A stretch of DNA of 64,000 bases from an archaeon (GTDB taxonomy: Archaea; B1Sed10-29; JAJSAI01), in assembly GCA_024274695.1 (NCBI GenBank), contig JAJSAI010000019.1, positions 29,346 to 93,345 on the forward strand. Direction: 5' to 3'. Under the pieces are notes generated by a model that saw only the letters and a list, made by a program, of their open reading frames with translations, made no database searches and was not told where the DNA came from. Shown one piece after another: positions 37,311 to 46,680 of this stretch (position 1 is its first letter; the number at the start of each line of letters is the position of its first letter). The translations under genes and the position numbers were made by a program.

Positions 37311-38057
37311 TTGATCCTGGACAAGCCGGCCCTGGTGCTCAGGTACACTGTCGACGACGTGGTCGAGGCAGTTGACAGGAGTCTGAGGCGCAGGGGCTGG
37401 AAAGAGTTTGAGATAAGCAGTCTCAAACTCTACTACCTTCCCTTCTACATTTTCAATTACGATGTCCTGGTGGAACAGAGCGTCCAGGGACAGACTTTTT
37501 CTCAAGGGTTCTCGGGGACAATGGCCATGGACGCGGTCTCGGGAAAACTGCAGCCCCTGATAACCGAGCTACTGGACAGCCAGCCCGTTTCCTTTGAAAA
37601 GAAGGTCTCGCACGACATACAGTTCACTCCCGTGACCCCTGCTCTGAAGCCGGATGAGGCGAAAAGGACTGCCGCCAGGCAACTCGCGGGAAAGTTCGGG
37701 ATAGGCGCGGAGTCAGTGGAAACGGCGGGGTTCAGGATAATATACTGGCCCGTGTGGAGGGTTTTCGTTTCCATGCCCGCCGGGTTCTACAAGCTTGATG
37801 TTGACGGGTTCAGTGGGGTTATCCTGAACGAAGGAGAGATTCCGGTGAGGGAGAAAACGTGGAAGGACGTGATGGCGGAGACCATTGACCTGATGAAGAC
37901 CCCGAAGGGCTGGGCAGTCCTCCTGAAGAAAACCTTCAGCGTGATCAGCAAAACAGGAAAAGGAGGAAGCGTGTTCTCAAAGCCCTGGTTCAAGTGGGCT
38001 GTCACGTTCTTACTGCTTGTCGTGCTCTTGTACCTACTCTTCAGCGGCGGGTTCTGA
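37311..38057 (+). CDS. hypothetical protein with C-terminal TM
   Basis: Duplicated YLPFY/YWPVW...DAVSG/DGFSG pattern; follows sepF. Confidence 0.7.
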   Translation: MILDKPALVLRYTVDDVVEAVDRSLRRRGWKEFEISSLKLYYLPFYIFNYDVLVEQSVQGQTFSQGFSGTMAMDAVSGKLQPLITELLDSQPVSFEKKVSHDIQFTPVTPALKPDEAKRTAARQLAGKFGIGAESVETAGFRIIYWPVWRVFVSMPAGFYKLDVDGFSGVILNEGEIPVREKTWKDVMAETIDLMKTPKGWAVLLKKTFSVISKTGKGGSVFSKPWFKWAVTFLLLVVLLYLLFSGGF

Positions 38058-38066
38058 AACTTCTTC

Positions 38067-41000
38067 TTAAACAAAGTCTGCAAGGCTCTTCTGCTTCTGT
38101 GCTTCCGCCCTCTTCTCCATTTCCTCGAGCTCGAAGAAGCTTTTCACGTCATTCTCTATCAGAATGAGCCTTTGCTTCAGGTACTCTGAGAGGTGATACT
38201 TGTTCGCGATGTTCTTTGACACGTCAAGGTACTTTACTATGCCTCCCTTGCTCACGGTCAGCACGAGCTTGCCCCCGCATTTGTAACACTTGCCGGACAA
38301 GGGCGCTCTCCTGTAGACCGTGTTGCAGTCAACGCACCTGAGGCCCTGCTGTCCAAAGGCCCTAAGGTTTCCCATCATGTCCCGCATGAAATGGAAGTTT
38401 ATTACCCTGCTCGCAAGGTCCCTTTCGTCCACCGCGAGAATCTTTTCCCCGAGGTCAAGCTGTTTTTCAACTTTTTCCGCCATTGTCTTGAGGGTTGTGT
38501 ACGCTGACCTCACGGGCCCCTCGTCTATCCTGTGGGTCTCGTGAGTGTACCCGAACCCGTGATACTGTTCCGGCGTTTCAAGCCTGTCCTTTACGGTTTC
38601 TATTTTCACGTCCGACGGGTTCAGGTTGTTGCACGCTGCCTCGTAGTACTCCAGGGGGTATTCTGAGACCACGTCCATCTCGTGGACCTGGTCGTCCACT
38701 TCCCGAGGGTCTATTTTTGTTGTGAGCACCATGGCCGCGTCCATGGTGCCCCCTCTCGAGCTCGGGAGGTACTTCTTGCTGAAGTTCAGCAGTGCATCCA
38801 GCAAGAGCATGAACGCGTCCTCGTCGCCGTCACAGTCCCTCCTGCACGCGGCGTGCATGTACGGGTGCGCGTAGGTTCCCCTGGCCCTGTGGAACCCGAT
38901 GATCCTGCCGAGAACTCCAACAGAAATGTGCGGCGCGAGGCAGATGACCAGATGTCCCACGAGATCTTCTGGTTTTTCCGCGTTGTAGTATCTTGGCAGT
39001 CCGTAGAATTTTTCCAGCAGATCGTCAATGAACTTTGCTGTGGCCAGCACGTACTCTGCCGAGTCTTCTGGTATTACAATGTCCTGTACGAACAGCTCGC
39101 ACACCTGTTCCGGGTCTGTGAGTGGGTTGCCGTCTTTGTCGTACAAGTACCCGAGCTCTCTTGCTTTTTCAACACTCAATCCTATCTCTCTTGGCTTGAA
39201 GTGGGTTAACGGCAGGTTCGTCGCGTCGAACCGTACCGTCCCGTCCCTGAACACGGTGACTCCGTGCTTTGCTCTAAGCATTCCCTTTTCCACGGGCTCG
39301 AAGAACTTGCCAGAGTTTATCAGGCCTTCTACGGCCTTTGTTTTTTCAGGGGTTTTCTCGCCAAGCGTTTCCTCCGCTTTCTTGAGAAGGGTTTTCAGGT
39401 CTAGCGCTATGTGGGCGTAGGGCAGCGCTCTTCCTCCGCAGTGCTTGCACACCTCTGTTTTTCCTTTTTTTCCGCACTTGGTGCACGTGTAAACCACTTC
39501 TGTGCGTGCCCCGCAGTCGTGGCAGTAGTAGCTTAGCGTTTCCTTGTCGCACTTGGGGCACTTGAGCCGCACGGCTTCCACTGATACGACTCCCTTTTCA
39601 GCGGCCTTTTTCAGGAGCCTTGTTTTTCCTCCGCTGTACTTTATTGGGAACAGCAGGTGTGGCGGCGGGCTCATTTTCCTGGGTTTTGCTTTTTCAGGCC
39701 TGCCCATCCTGGCTCCGACGAACGTTCCTCCTTTGTCCATGACCCTGAAACCGCACGCCTTGCTGATGGCTTCCAGGACATCATCTTCTTCCTCAAGAGC
39801 CCTTTCAAGGTCTTCCACGTGCTCAAGGCACAGTGTTTCTATCAGAGGGCCTGCTTCTTCTATTATTACCTTCCCTTCCCTGAGCTTGTGAGGAACCCCT
39901 ATCCTTTCAAGGATCCTTTTTTCTTCTGAGACCCTCACCTCGAGCACCCTGCTATCTTCTCCTGCTATTCCTTTCACCGTGCTAGTGCTTCCGGTGGCAA
40001 GCCATCTCGCGAGCTTCGCGAGCTCCTGTTTTTCAAGCAGGTTATAGTAGTACAAGTACCTGGGATGCATTGGAAGCCCTTTCCACGCGAGCTCTACTGC
40101 CTGTTCAGAGCTCACGTTCCACGGGTCCATCCTCGCTCCATTTTCCTCGCATATCTTCTGCCACCATTCCTCACAGAATCCTGGCTTCACGAGAGGGTGG
40201 TTAGCTTTCAGGAAGTCCCCGTGGCTCACGAGAAGATCGCCCAAGAAGAGTATTTCAACTATGTCGTCCTTTACCTCCATCGCCCTCGGCACGCTGTCAA
40301 CTCTTATGACGTCACCGTTCCTCAGGAGGACGGTCGGCCCTTCTATGGTGCTGACCGGGACCGTCACGCACCCTTTCCCAGGCCTTTCGAGCTTGAGCTG
40401 GGTTCCTATGGCCATGAACTCGTTCACGAGGTACATGGTCGCAGGGTCCACTCCCTTCGCGTTCAGGCCCGTGTTCCTGCTCCTGCCGTACCTTAGTCTG
40501 AACCCTCCTGGCCTGCTCGGGTAAGCGAATATGGGCCTGCCGCCCACTATGTCCGAGAGGTACTTGGTCACGGGCTTTATTTCCTTTTTCTCTCCTGTTT
40601 TTTTGGTTATCCTGACTATAGCCTCTATCCAGTCCCACCCGAGGTCATGTTTCTTGGAGTACTTCAAGAGCTTGGCCGCTTTCTGGGCTATCCCCTATGC
40701 GATGACGAGAGCCATCCCTCCCCTGATCCGGTTCGTTTCTATCCTCGGAAGGTTCTTGTATATGCTGACCTCCAGTTCTGAGGTGGGAGTGCCGCTCACG
40801 CACACCGGACAGTTCCTCACGATGTGCCTGACATCATCCTCTGGGGGATGGTACTGCAGTCTAGAAACGAGGTTGTGGTATATTTCTATCTCTTCAACGT
40901 ACCTTTCAACCTCTTCTTTTGAGGGCCTGTACTCCTGCAGCCCCATCTTCTTCCTCGTGTAGTCGGCCAGGATGACCGAGAGCGCGGCGGCTGTTCCTCC

Positions 41001-41447
41001 AGCGGACCGGATCGGTCCCGCGTAGTACACTTCCAGGCACTGGGTCCCGTCAGGATTGTCCAGGATCCTTGTTCCCGCGATCCCTTCTGTTGCGGCGGCT
41101 GGGACAGCTTCAGTGATTATCGCCACCCCTGTTCTTATGCACTGTTCTGCCAGCTCCTCCCTGGAGCTGAACTCTCCGAACTTCCCCTCAACTATCTCTT
41201 CTATTATCTTGAACGTCATCTTTTCTCTGTCCATTTCCTTGAGGAGTTCTCTTATCCTCTCTGCAACTCCCTTTGGCCCCACCAGCCCTTCCACTCTTGC
41301 GGCGAGGTCCGCGGCGGGAGGGATCTCAACCTCTGTTGTCACGTCCTTCCCTTTGGACCTGGCTAGCTTTGCCAGAGAGTAGCATTCTTCTGTCCTTTCA
41401 CGCATGTGCTGCCAGTACCACTCTGTTCTCTCGCGCTTTAGGCTCAT
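38067..41447 (-). CDS. polC: DNA polymerase D large subunit DP2, with in-frame TAG at 40695-40697
   Basis: The two ORF-track pieces are in the same frame: RGGMALVIA*GIAQKAAKLLKY. Motifs YAGPIRSAGGT, GGFRLRYGR, RMGRPEK, RDCDGDED and the Zn fingers are intact. Confidence 0.93.
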
Positions 41448-42917
41448 TCAACTCCCCTTGTCAAAGCGGACTACTTTTATGTTCATCCTGTTCAGGTCTA
41501 TCACGGGAAGCTGGCAGGGGGTTGGCTTGTGCCCTTGTTTCTGCTGGTATGGTGTTATCTGCTGCCACGTGCCCCCGTTCACTGACACGACACCGTTCTG
41601 GTTTAGGTACGCGTTCTTGTGAATGTGCCCTGTCAGGATCATGTCCGGAAGCTCGTCTATCGTCATTGGGTCATCTTCTGTTGGTATGAGCGGCTTCCCG
41701 CCGTAGAACGGGTGCAGGTGTCTTGTCATGAGCACCTTCCTCAGGATCTTCTCAGGCTCGTTGTACGTGACAGTGTTCACGTTTGCCACGATGTCGTCAA
41801 AGCTGGTTCCGTGGTACAAGAGCGTTTTTATACCGTGGACATTCCACCAGCTCGGGCTGGTCCCGAAGTGAACGTTCCCGAGTCCCTTCAGTTCTGGCAC
41901 GAGCTCTGGAGGGATGCTGGGCTGAGGGTCAGCGGTCCTGACCCCGTCATGGTTTCCTGGTATTATTATCACGTGTACGTACTCTGGGATCTGGAGTATG
42001 TACTCCGAAAACTTCTTGTACTGTTCGAACAGGTCCTCGTACTCGAGTTCTTCCTCTTGTCCGGGGTATATCCCGATACCGTCTACAAGGTCGCCGGTTA
42101 TTATCACGTACTTTACTTTTTCCGCGATCCGCAGGTACTTTTCGTTGTCCGTGTCCCCGTTGAGCCAGGCGATCATCTTCTCAAAGTTTTTCTTCATGAA
42201 AAGCTTGCTTCCAACGTGAGGGTCGGAGATGACTGCTGCCATCACCTCTTCTCCTGCCGATGCAGGGTCCTTCTTAGGCACTCCCGGTTCTATTATTGAC
42301 TTTGCTATGAGCAGGCTCCCGTTGCCTTTACGCACGTCCACGGCGACGACCGTGTCGAGCAGAAGATCTTCTGCCAGCGCCATGAGCTGGTTATCGCTTT
42401 TCGGCACGAGCACGTTCGCCCGCCCGGTATCGTCCTCTAGGGTTATCATCAGGTGCCCGTTCTTCGTTCTCCTCTTCTCGTAGACGAGTCCTGCTATTCT
42501 GAGTTCTCTTTCTTTTCTTTTCCTCACATCGGTTATTTTCGTGATGCTCCCTCTTCTCCTGAGGATCTTGACCGTTTTCTCGTACCTGCTCCTGAAGTAC
42601 GCCACGAAGTCTTCAACATTCCCTCTGCTCAGGACTTCAGCGTCCCTTATCTTTTCCACCCTCGCCTCAACTTCTCTGGCGAGTGGCCTGAAAGAAGAAG
42701 GTCTTCTGACAACCACCTTCTTTTCTTCTTGGACGATCTTGGTCTTCTCCTTTTCCTGCAGGTCCTCGGGGGTCACGAAAAGTTTTCCGGAGCACTTCTC
42801 GGTTATCCTGTTGACGAGTTCTTCGGGGTTTTCAGATGATAGAACGAGCTTGACTGTTTCAGGAGCGAGGAGGAATCCTTTTTCTTCCAGGATCCTTATT
42901 GCCTCGCTTCCGTCCAT
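41448..42917 (-). CDS. polB: DNA polymerase D small (proofreading) subunit DP1
   Basis: OB fold, SDPHVGS, GDLVDGIGIYPGQ, PGNHD, YHG and GHIH. Confidence 0.95.
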   Translation of the reverse strand: MDGSEAIRILEEKGFLLAPETVKLVLSSENPEELVNRITEKCSGKLFVTPEDLQEKEKTKIVQEEKKVVVRRPSSFRPLAREVEARVEKIRDAEVLSRGNVEDFVAYFRSRYEKTVKILRRRGSITKITDVRKRKERELRIAGLVYEKRRTKNGHLMITLEDDTGRANVLVPKSDNQLMALAEDLLLDTVVAVDVRKGNGSLLIAKSIIEPGVPKKDPASAGEEVMAAVISDPHVGSKLFMKKNFEKMIAWLNGDTDNEKYLRIAEKVKYVIITGDLVDGIGIYPGQEEELEYEDLFEQYKKFSEYILQIPEYVHVIIIPGNHDGVRTADPQPSIPPELVPELKGLGNVHFGTSPSWWNVHGIKTLLYHGTSFDDIVANVNTVTYNEPEKILRKVLMTRHLHPFYGGKPLIPTEDDPMTIDELPDMILTGHIHKNAYLNQNGVVSVNGGTWQQITPYQQKQGHKPTPCQLPVIDLNRMNIKVVRFDKGS

Positions 42918-43072
42918 ACTACACACTGTCCAATGTCTTTTTGGGATAGGGCCCGGGAGGAGAGGGGCTCCCAGGCCCAAAATCAGCTGGAACTGGGTGT
43001 AACCTCTGAACAAAAAGTTTCTCACAGGTTGTATATTAACTTTTCCTCCGCGCCGGGCCTCTTGTCCTGTTT

Positions 43073-44206
43073 TTACCTGGTCGTCTTGAGCTCCATGAGC
43101 TCTTCCAGCATCTTCCTGGGTCCTGGCTTTTCAAAGTGTTTCCTGACCGGCTCGAGCATTTTTATTATCTCCCTGGCGACAGCGCTCTTCAGGTCAGCTG
43201 GGTGGAGCTCTTTCTTGGCGAACGCCTGCTCCAGCTCTTGGAACGTTTCAAAGGTAACATCCCCTCCGAACTTGGCCGGCCTCTCGACGTGCAGCGCGAA
43301 CCCTGGCCTGGAGAAGAGTATTTTTTCAGCCCAGTCCAGCACCGGGTTAAAGTCTGTTTCTCCCGGCAGGCAGAATGCCTTGTTTATCTTCCTCTCTATT
43401 TCCTCCGGAGGATCGTGCACGAACACGCACGTGTCTGGTTTGCTCTTGCTCATTTTCATGGCCGCGATCACTTCTTTGAGGTTCTCCTGGCTCACTGGCC
43501 ATACTGGTGGTTTCCCGAGCCCCAGGAGGAGGGGGTGGTGTACTGCGACAGGCTTTATCCTTTCTCCTTTAGCGTTCTTGAGCGTGCTGAACCTCAGCTT
43601 TAGCCCAACGTCCCTTGCTATCACGTGCGCTTTCCTCTGGTCAGCCCCGGAGTGTGATATGTTCACGCCCTGAACGAAAATGTCTGCCACCTGCATCGCG
43701 GGGTATATTAGTTTCGCGAAGTCAACCTCTTCCCCTTCTTTTCTCCCTAGTATCGTTATGCTCCGCCTCATTCTCCCGAGGGTGGTGTGCTTGCTCACGT
43801 CTATTACAGTCCTCCAGTACTCGTCGTTATTGTGGTACAGGTCACTTCCGAGCACGAACTTTACCTTGTCAGGGTCTCCCCCAACAGCCTTCAGGCTTGC
43901 TTTCAGGCCCTCCTTGAAGTATCCTCCGGCCACCCTCTTTATCGTCTCAAGGTCTCCTCCAAGCTTGTCGTTGATCCAGCTGTGCCAGTCCGCGAGGAAT
44001 ATTGAACAGTCCACTCCAGCCTGCTGGAAGTCCCTGACCTTGCCCATGCACATTATTCCCGTCCCGAGGTGGATCATTCCAGAAATCTCAAACCCTATGT
44101 AGTGCTTTAGAGGGGTGCCTGTTTCTATCAGGCTCATGAGGTCCTCTGGAGTGAGCACTTCTTCAGTGTTCCTGGTTATCAGTTCAAACCTCTCTTGAGC
44201 GTCCAT
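43073..44206 (-). CDS. tyrS: tyrosine--tRNA ligase
   Basis: YIGFEISG.IHLGT, ADWH, YPAMQVAD, DQRKAH and KMSKS. Confidence 0.96.
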   Translation of the reverse strand: MDAQERFELITRNTEEVLTPEDLMSLIETGTPLKHYIGFEISGMIHLGTGIMCMGKVRDFQQAGVDCSIFLADWHSWINDKLGGDLETIKRVAGGYFKEGLKASLKAVGGDPDKVKFVLGSDLYHNNDEYWRTVIDVSKHTTLGRMRRSITILGRKEGEEVDFAKLIYPAMQVADIFVQGVNISHSGADQRKAHVIARDVGLKLRFSTLKNAKGERIKPVAVHHPLLLGLGKPPVWPVSQENLKEVIAAMKMSKSKPDTCVFVHDPPEEIERKINKAFCLPGETDFNPVLDWAEKILFSRPGFALHVERPAKFGGDVTFETFQELEQAFAKKELHPADLKSAVAREIIKMLEPVRKHFEKPGPRKMLEELMELKTTR

Positions 44207-44401
44207 TCAATCATCCTCCTCAAAAACGTTCCTGGATACGGGCCGCAGGACCTTATCCTGCGCACTCTTTGTTAGCACGATATGGTTTTTATTATCTTGC
44301 ACTATCAGAAGGTCTCCGGGAGAAACGCCAACGCTTCTCCGAACCTTTTCCGGGATCACGATTCTTCCTCTTTCGTCCCTCCTGACTATAAAGACGTTCA
44401 C
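44207..44401 (-). CDS. AbrB/MazE/SpoVT-family DNA-binding protein
   Basis: DERGRIVIPEKVRRSVGVSPGD motif. Confidence 0.85.
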   Translation of the reverse strand: MNVFIVRRDERGRIVIPEKVRRSVGVSPGDLLIVQDNKNHIVLTKSAQDKVLRPVSRNVFEEDD

Positions 44402-44434
44402 CCATCCTCTCTCACTCTCCTGAGTTCTGCCGGA

Positions 44435-44513
44435 GGCGTTCAGAGAAAAAGCTGGGGAAAACGTTTACCCTGTTTTCAGGAATAAAGGCACTCGCCCCTC
44501 ATCAAATGCACCT
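44435..44513 (-). ncRNA. candidate box C/D-like RNA or leader upstream of abrB-tyrS
   Basis: UUGAUGA (44505-44499) and two CUGA boxes (44479-44476, 44443-44440); weak terminal stem; TATA about 25 nt upstream. Confidence 0.4.
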
Positions 44514-44568
44514 GGTTTTTACTAAGTCTTTTTCCCCGTATAAAAAGGTAGGGGGTTTTCACGGTTTC

Positions 44569-44850
44569 TTATTTCAGTTCTTCTTTGAGCTTTTCCAGTT
44601 CAGAGATTATGTTCCATATCTCCGTCCTTGTGTGGAAGGGCATGTTGATGTCGTTGGAGATCTCCTCGAGCGCGTATATCGCGCTCGCGATCCTCATCTC
44701 TATCTCTTCTTTCCCCTTCTCGCACGCCTTGATCAGGTTTTCTTTGTTCTCCCTGACCACGTTTTTTATGTTCCTCGGGACTTCGTTGTCCTCCAGTATT
44801 GGATCCATGATGAGTACAATTTGGTCTATTCTTCCTTTCACGTCCTCCAT
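44569..44850 (-). CDS. UPF0147 family protein
   Basis: D..VPRNI...LEEISNDINMPFHTRTEIWNIISELE. Confidence 0.9.
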   Translation of the reverse strand: MEDVKGRIDQIVLIMDPILEDNEVPRNIKNVVRENKENLIKACEKGKEEIEMRIASAIYALEEISNDINMPFHTRTEIWNIISELEKLKEELK

Positions 44851-44931
44851 TCTCAACACCTCTTTTCTTTAGAAGAAGGTTTTTTCCTCTCTTCCTTCTG
44901 CCCGCTGGTTAAGAGAATAAGAGCAGGTCAT

Positions 44932-45849
44932 TTAAAAGTTTTGCCCAAAAAACTCTCTCACTATCTTTTCGGCGGTTTCTTTTACCTGTTTTTCGTCCCT
45001 AGCGTCTATTATTGTCATGGCATCCTCGGGCTTTTCTTTTGTGACGTCACCGTGGGTCGCCAGTATTATCATTTTACAGGGTTTCATTTCCTCTTTTATC
45101 TTCTTCGCAAGGGAGAGCTGTCTTTCAAGGCTCATGCCGCAGTATTCGCTGGGGTCTACTAGGAACAGGATGTTTTTTGACACGTGCTTCAACGCGGCGA
45201 CCGCCCTCTTTTCTATCTTGTTCCTTTTCTCAGCAGGCCTGTCAAGAAGCCCGGGAGTGTCAATCCACTGCACCGTCAGCAGGCCGTGCTTGGACGTGCC
45301 TATGAGGATGTTCTTGGTCGTGAACGGGTATGGCCTGACCTCTACCTTTCTTCCTGAAACGTTCTTCAAGAACTCTGATTTTCCCACGTTCGGCGGGCCC
45401 GCTATTATCACGGTAGGCCTTTCTTTCACCTTAGGGATCTTGGGCAGCACCGCGTGAAACTTTTCCATCTCCCTGAAGTCCAGCTTCTTCACCACGCTCT
45501 TTACCCTGCCGTAGTACTCCCTGCGGTAGTCCCCAGACTCCCTGTAGTTCCTTGAGTACTTCACCTTCAGCTTGTACTCGTCCCTCAGCCTCCTTATTAT
45601 CTTCATGGACTCTTTTGTCTGCCTCCTGTCGTTCCTCAGTTTCCTGAGGTCAACGAACGTTGACATGATCTCCTTTTCAAAGGGAGAAAGGCTTGTTCTG
45701 CTGTTCTTCAGAAGCCGGTTCAGCTTGTCGAGTATGACGTTCGTGAAGACAGTAACCCTTACCACATCTGCTTTTACCTTGTCCTTTTCTTTTCCCGCCT
45801 CTTTCCTGGCGGAGGCCATCGCCTTTTCCAGGAGCTCTTTTGGGGTCAT
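44932..45849 (-). CDS. NOG1-like GTPase
   Basis: GPPNVGKS, YPFTTK and DTPGLLDRP...RN.IE. Confidence 0.9.
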   Translation of the reverse strand: MTPKELLEKAMASARKEAGKEKDKVKADVVRVTVFTNVILDKLNRLLKNSRTSLSPFEKEIMSTFVDLRKLRNDRRQTKESMKIIRRLRDEYKLKVKYSRNYRESGDYRREYYGRVKSVVKKLDFREMEKFHAVLPKIPKVKERPTVIIAGPPNVGKSEFLKNVSGRKVEVRPYPFTTKNILIGTSKHGLLTVQWIDTPGLLDRPAEKRNKIEKRAVAALKHVSKNILFLVDPSEYCGMSLERQLSLAKKIKEEMKPCKMIILATHGDVTKEKPEDAMTIIDARDEKQVKETAEKIVREFFGQNF

Positions 45850-45909
45850 CCGAATCAGGTATATTGGGGCTGGGAAGTAATAAATACTTCTTCTTCCTCT
45901 CCTTCAAGC

Positions 45910-46656
45910 ATGAGAGCCTTCCTGTTGGTCCTGCTGCTGACCGTCACAGCAGGCCTTGCACAGTGCTCGGACTATTCTCAGAAGGCAGATTCTCTCGCCA
46001 GCTCGTGCGACTTTCACAGCATCCTTTCAGGACAGCCTAACGTATACCACTGTTTTGAGGCTGGAAAGAGTTACATTGACGCTGCAGAATGCGTTTCCTT
46101 GTACGGAGGAGACCCTTCACAGTACTACGAGAAAGCGTTGTACTATCTTGAAAACTCTATCCCGAAACTTTCCGAGGAAGGAGACCATCCTGCTAAAGCA
46201 AGGGCTTACGAGAACATCGCGAGAGTGTACGCGGATAAGGGAGACCTTTCCTCTGCAGAGGAGAACTACCAGCTGGCGGTCAGGGAGTACTCCCTTGCCA
46301 GAGAATACTCTGAAGCGGACAGGGTGAGGCAGCTGATAGCATCTCTTGGCCTGGAGCAGGAGAGCCCTGAAGAACAGGGGGTTGTGAACCCCGAGCTGGG
46401 CGAGAGCATGCTCTCGTACTACTTCATGATAGCGGTCAGCGCCACGGTTCTCGCACTCTTTTTCCTGATAGCGTTCAGGGTGAAGAGGAGAAGGAAGTCT
46501 CCTGAGCTAGTGGTCAGACACGCTTCCTCCGCAAGGCGGGAGGAAAAGCCCTCAGAACCGGAAAAAACGGTTGAAGAAGAGAAGGAGGCCCGGGCCAAGA
46601 GCGCGAAGGAGAGGGTGAAAGAAAAGCTCAGGAGAAAGTACGCTCCCAGAAAGTGA
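45910..46656 (+). CDS. exported TPR-like protein with TM anchor
   Basis: Signal peptide, TPR-like A/Y helices, TM and charged cytoplasmic tail. Confidence 0.7.
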   Translation: MRAFLLVLLLTVTAGLAQCSDYSQKADSLASSCDFHSILSGQPNVYHCFEAGKSYIDAAECVSLYGGDPSQYYEKALYYLENSIPKLSEEGDHPAKARAYENIARVYADKGDLSSAEENYQLAVREYSLAREYSEADRVRQLIASLGLEQESPEEQGVVNPELGESMLSYYFMIAVSATVLALFFLIAFRVKRRRKSPELVVRHASSARREEKPSEPEKTVEEEKEARAKSAKERVKEKLRRKYAPRK

Positions 46657-46680
46657 TACATTTTTTTATGCTGTTTCCCT

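Noticed and set aside
44207-44401. AbrB protein as the antitoxin of a toxin-antitoxin pair
   Set aside because: No adjacent toxin; the next gene is tyrS. The PIN gene at 61408 is the conserved housekeeping Fcf1-like one.
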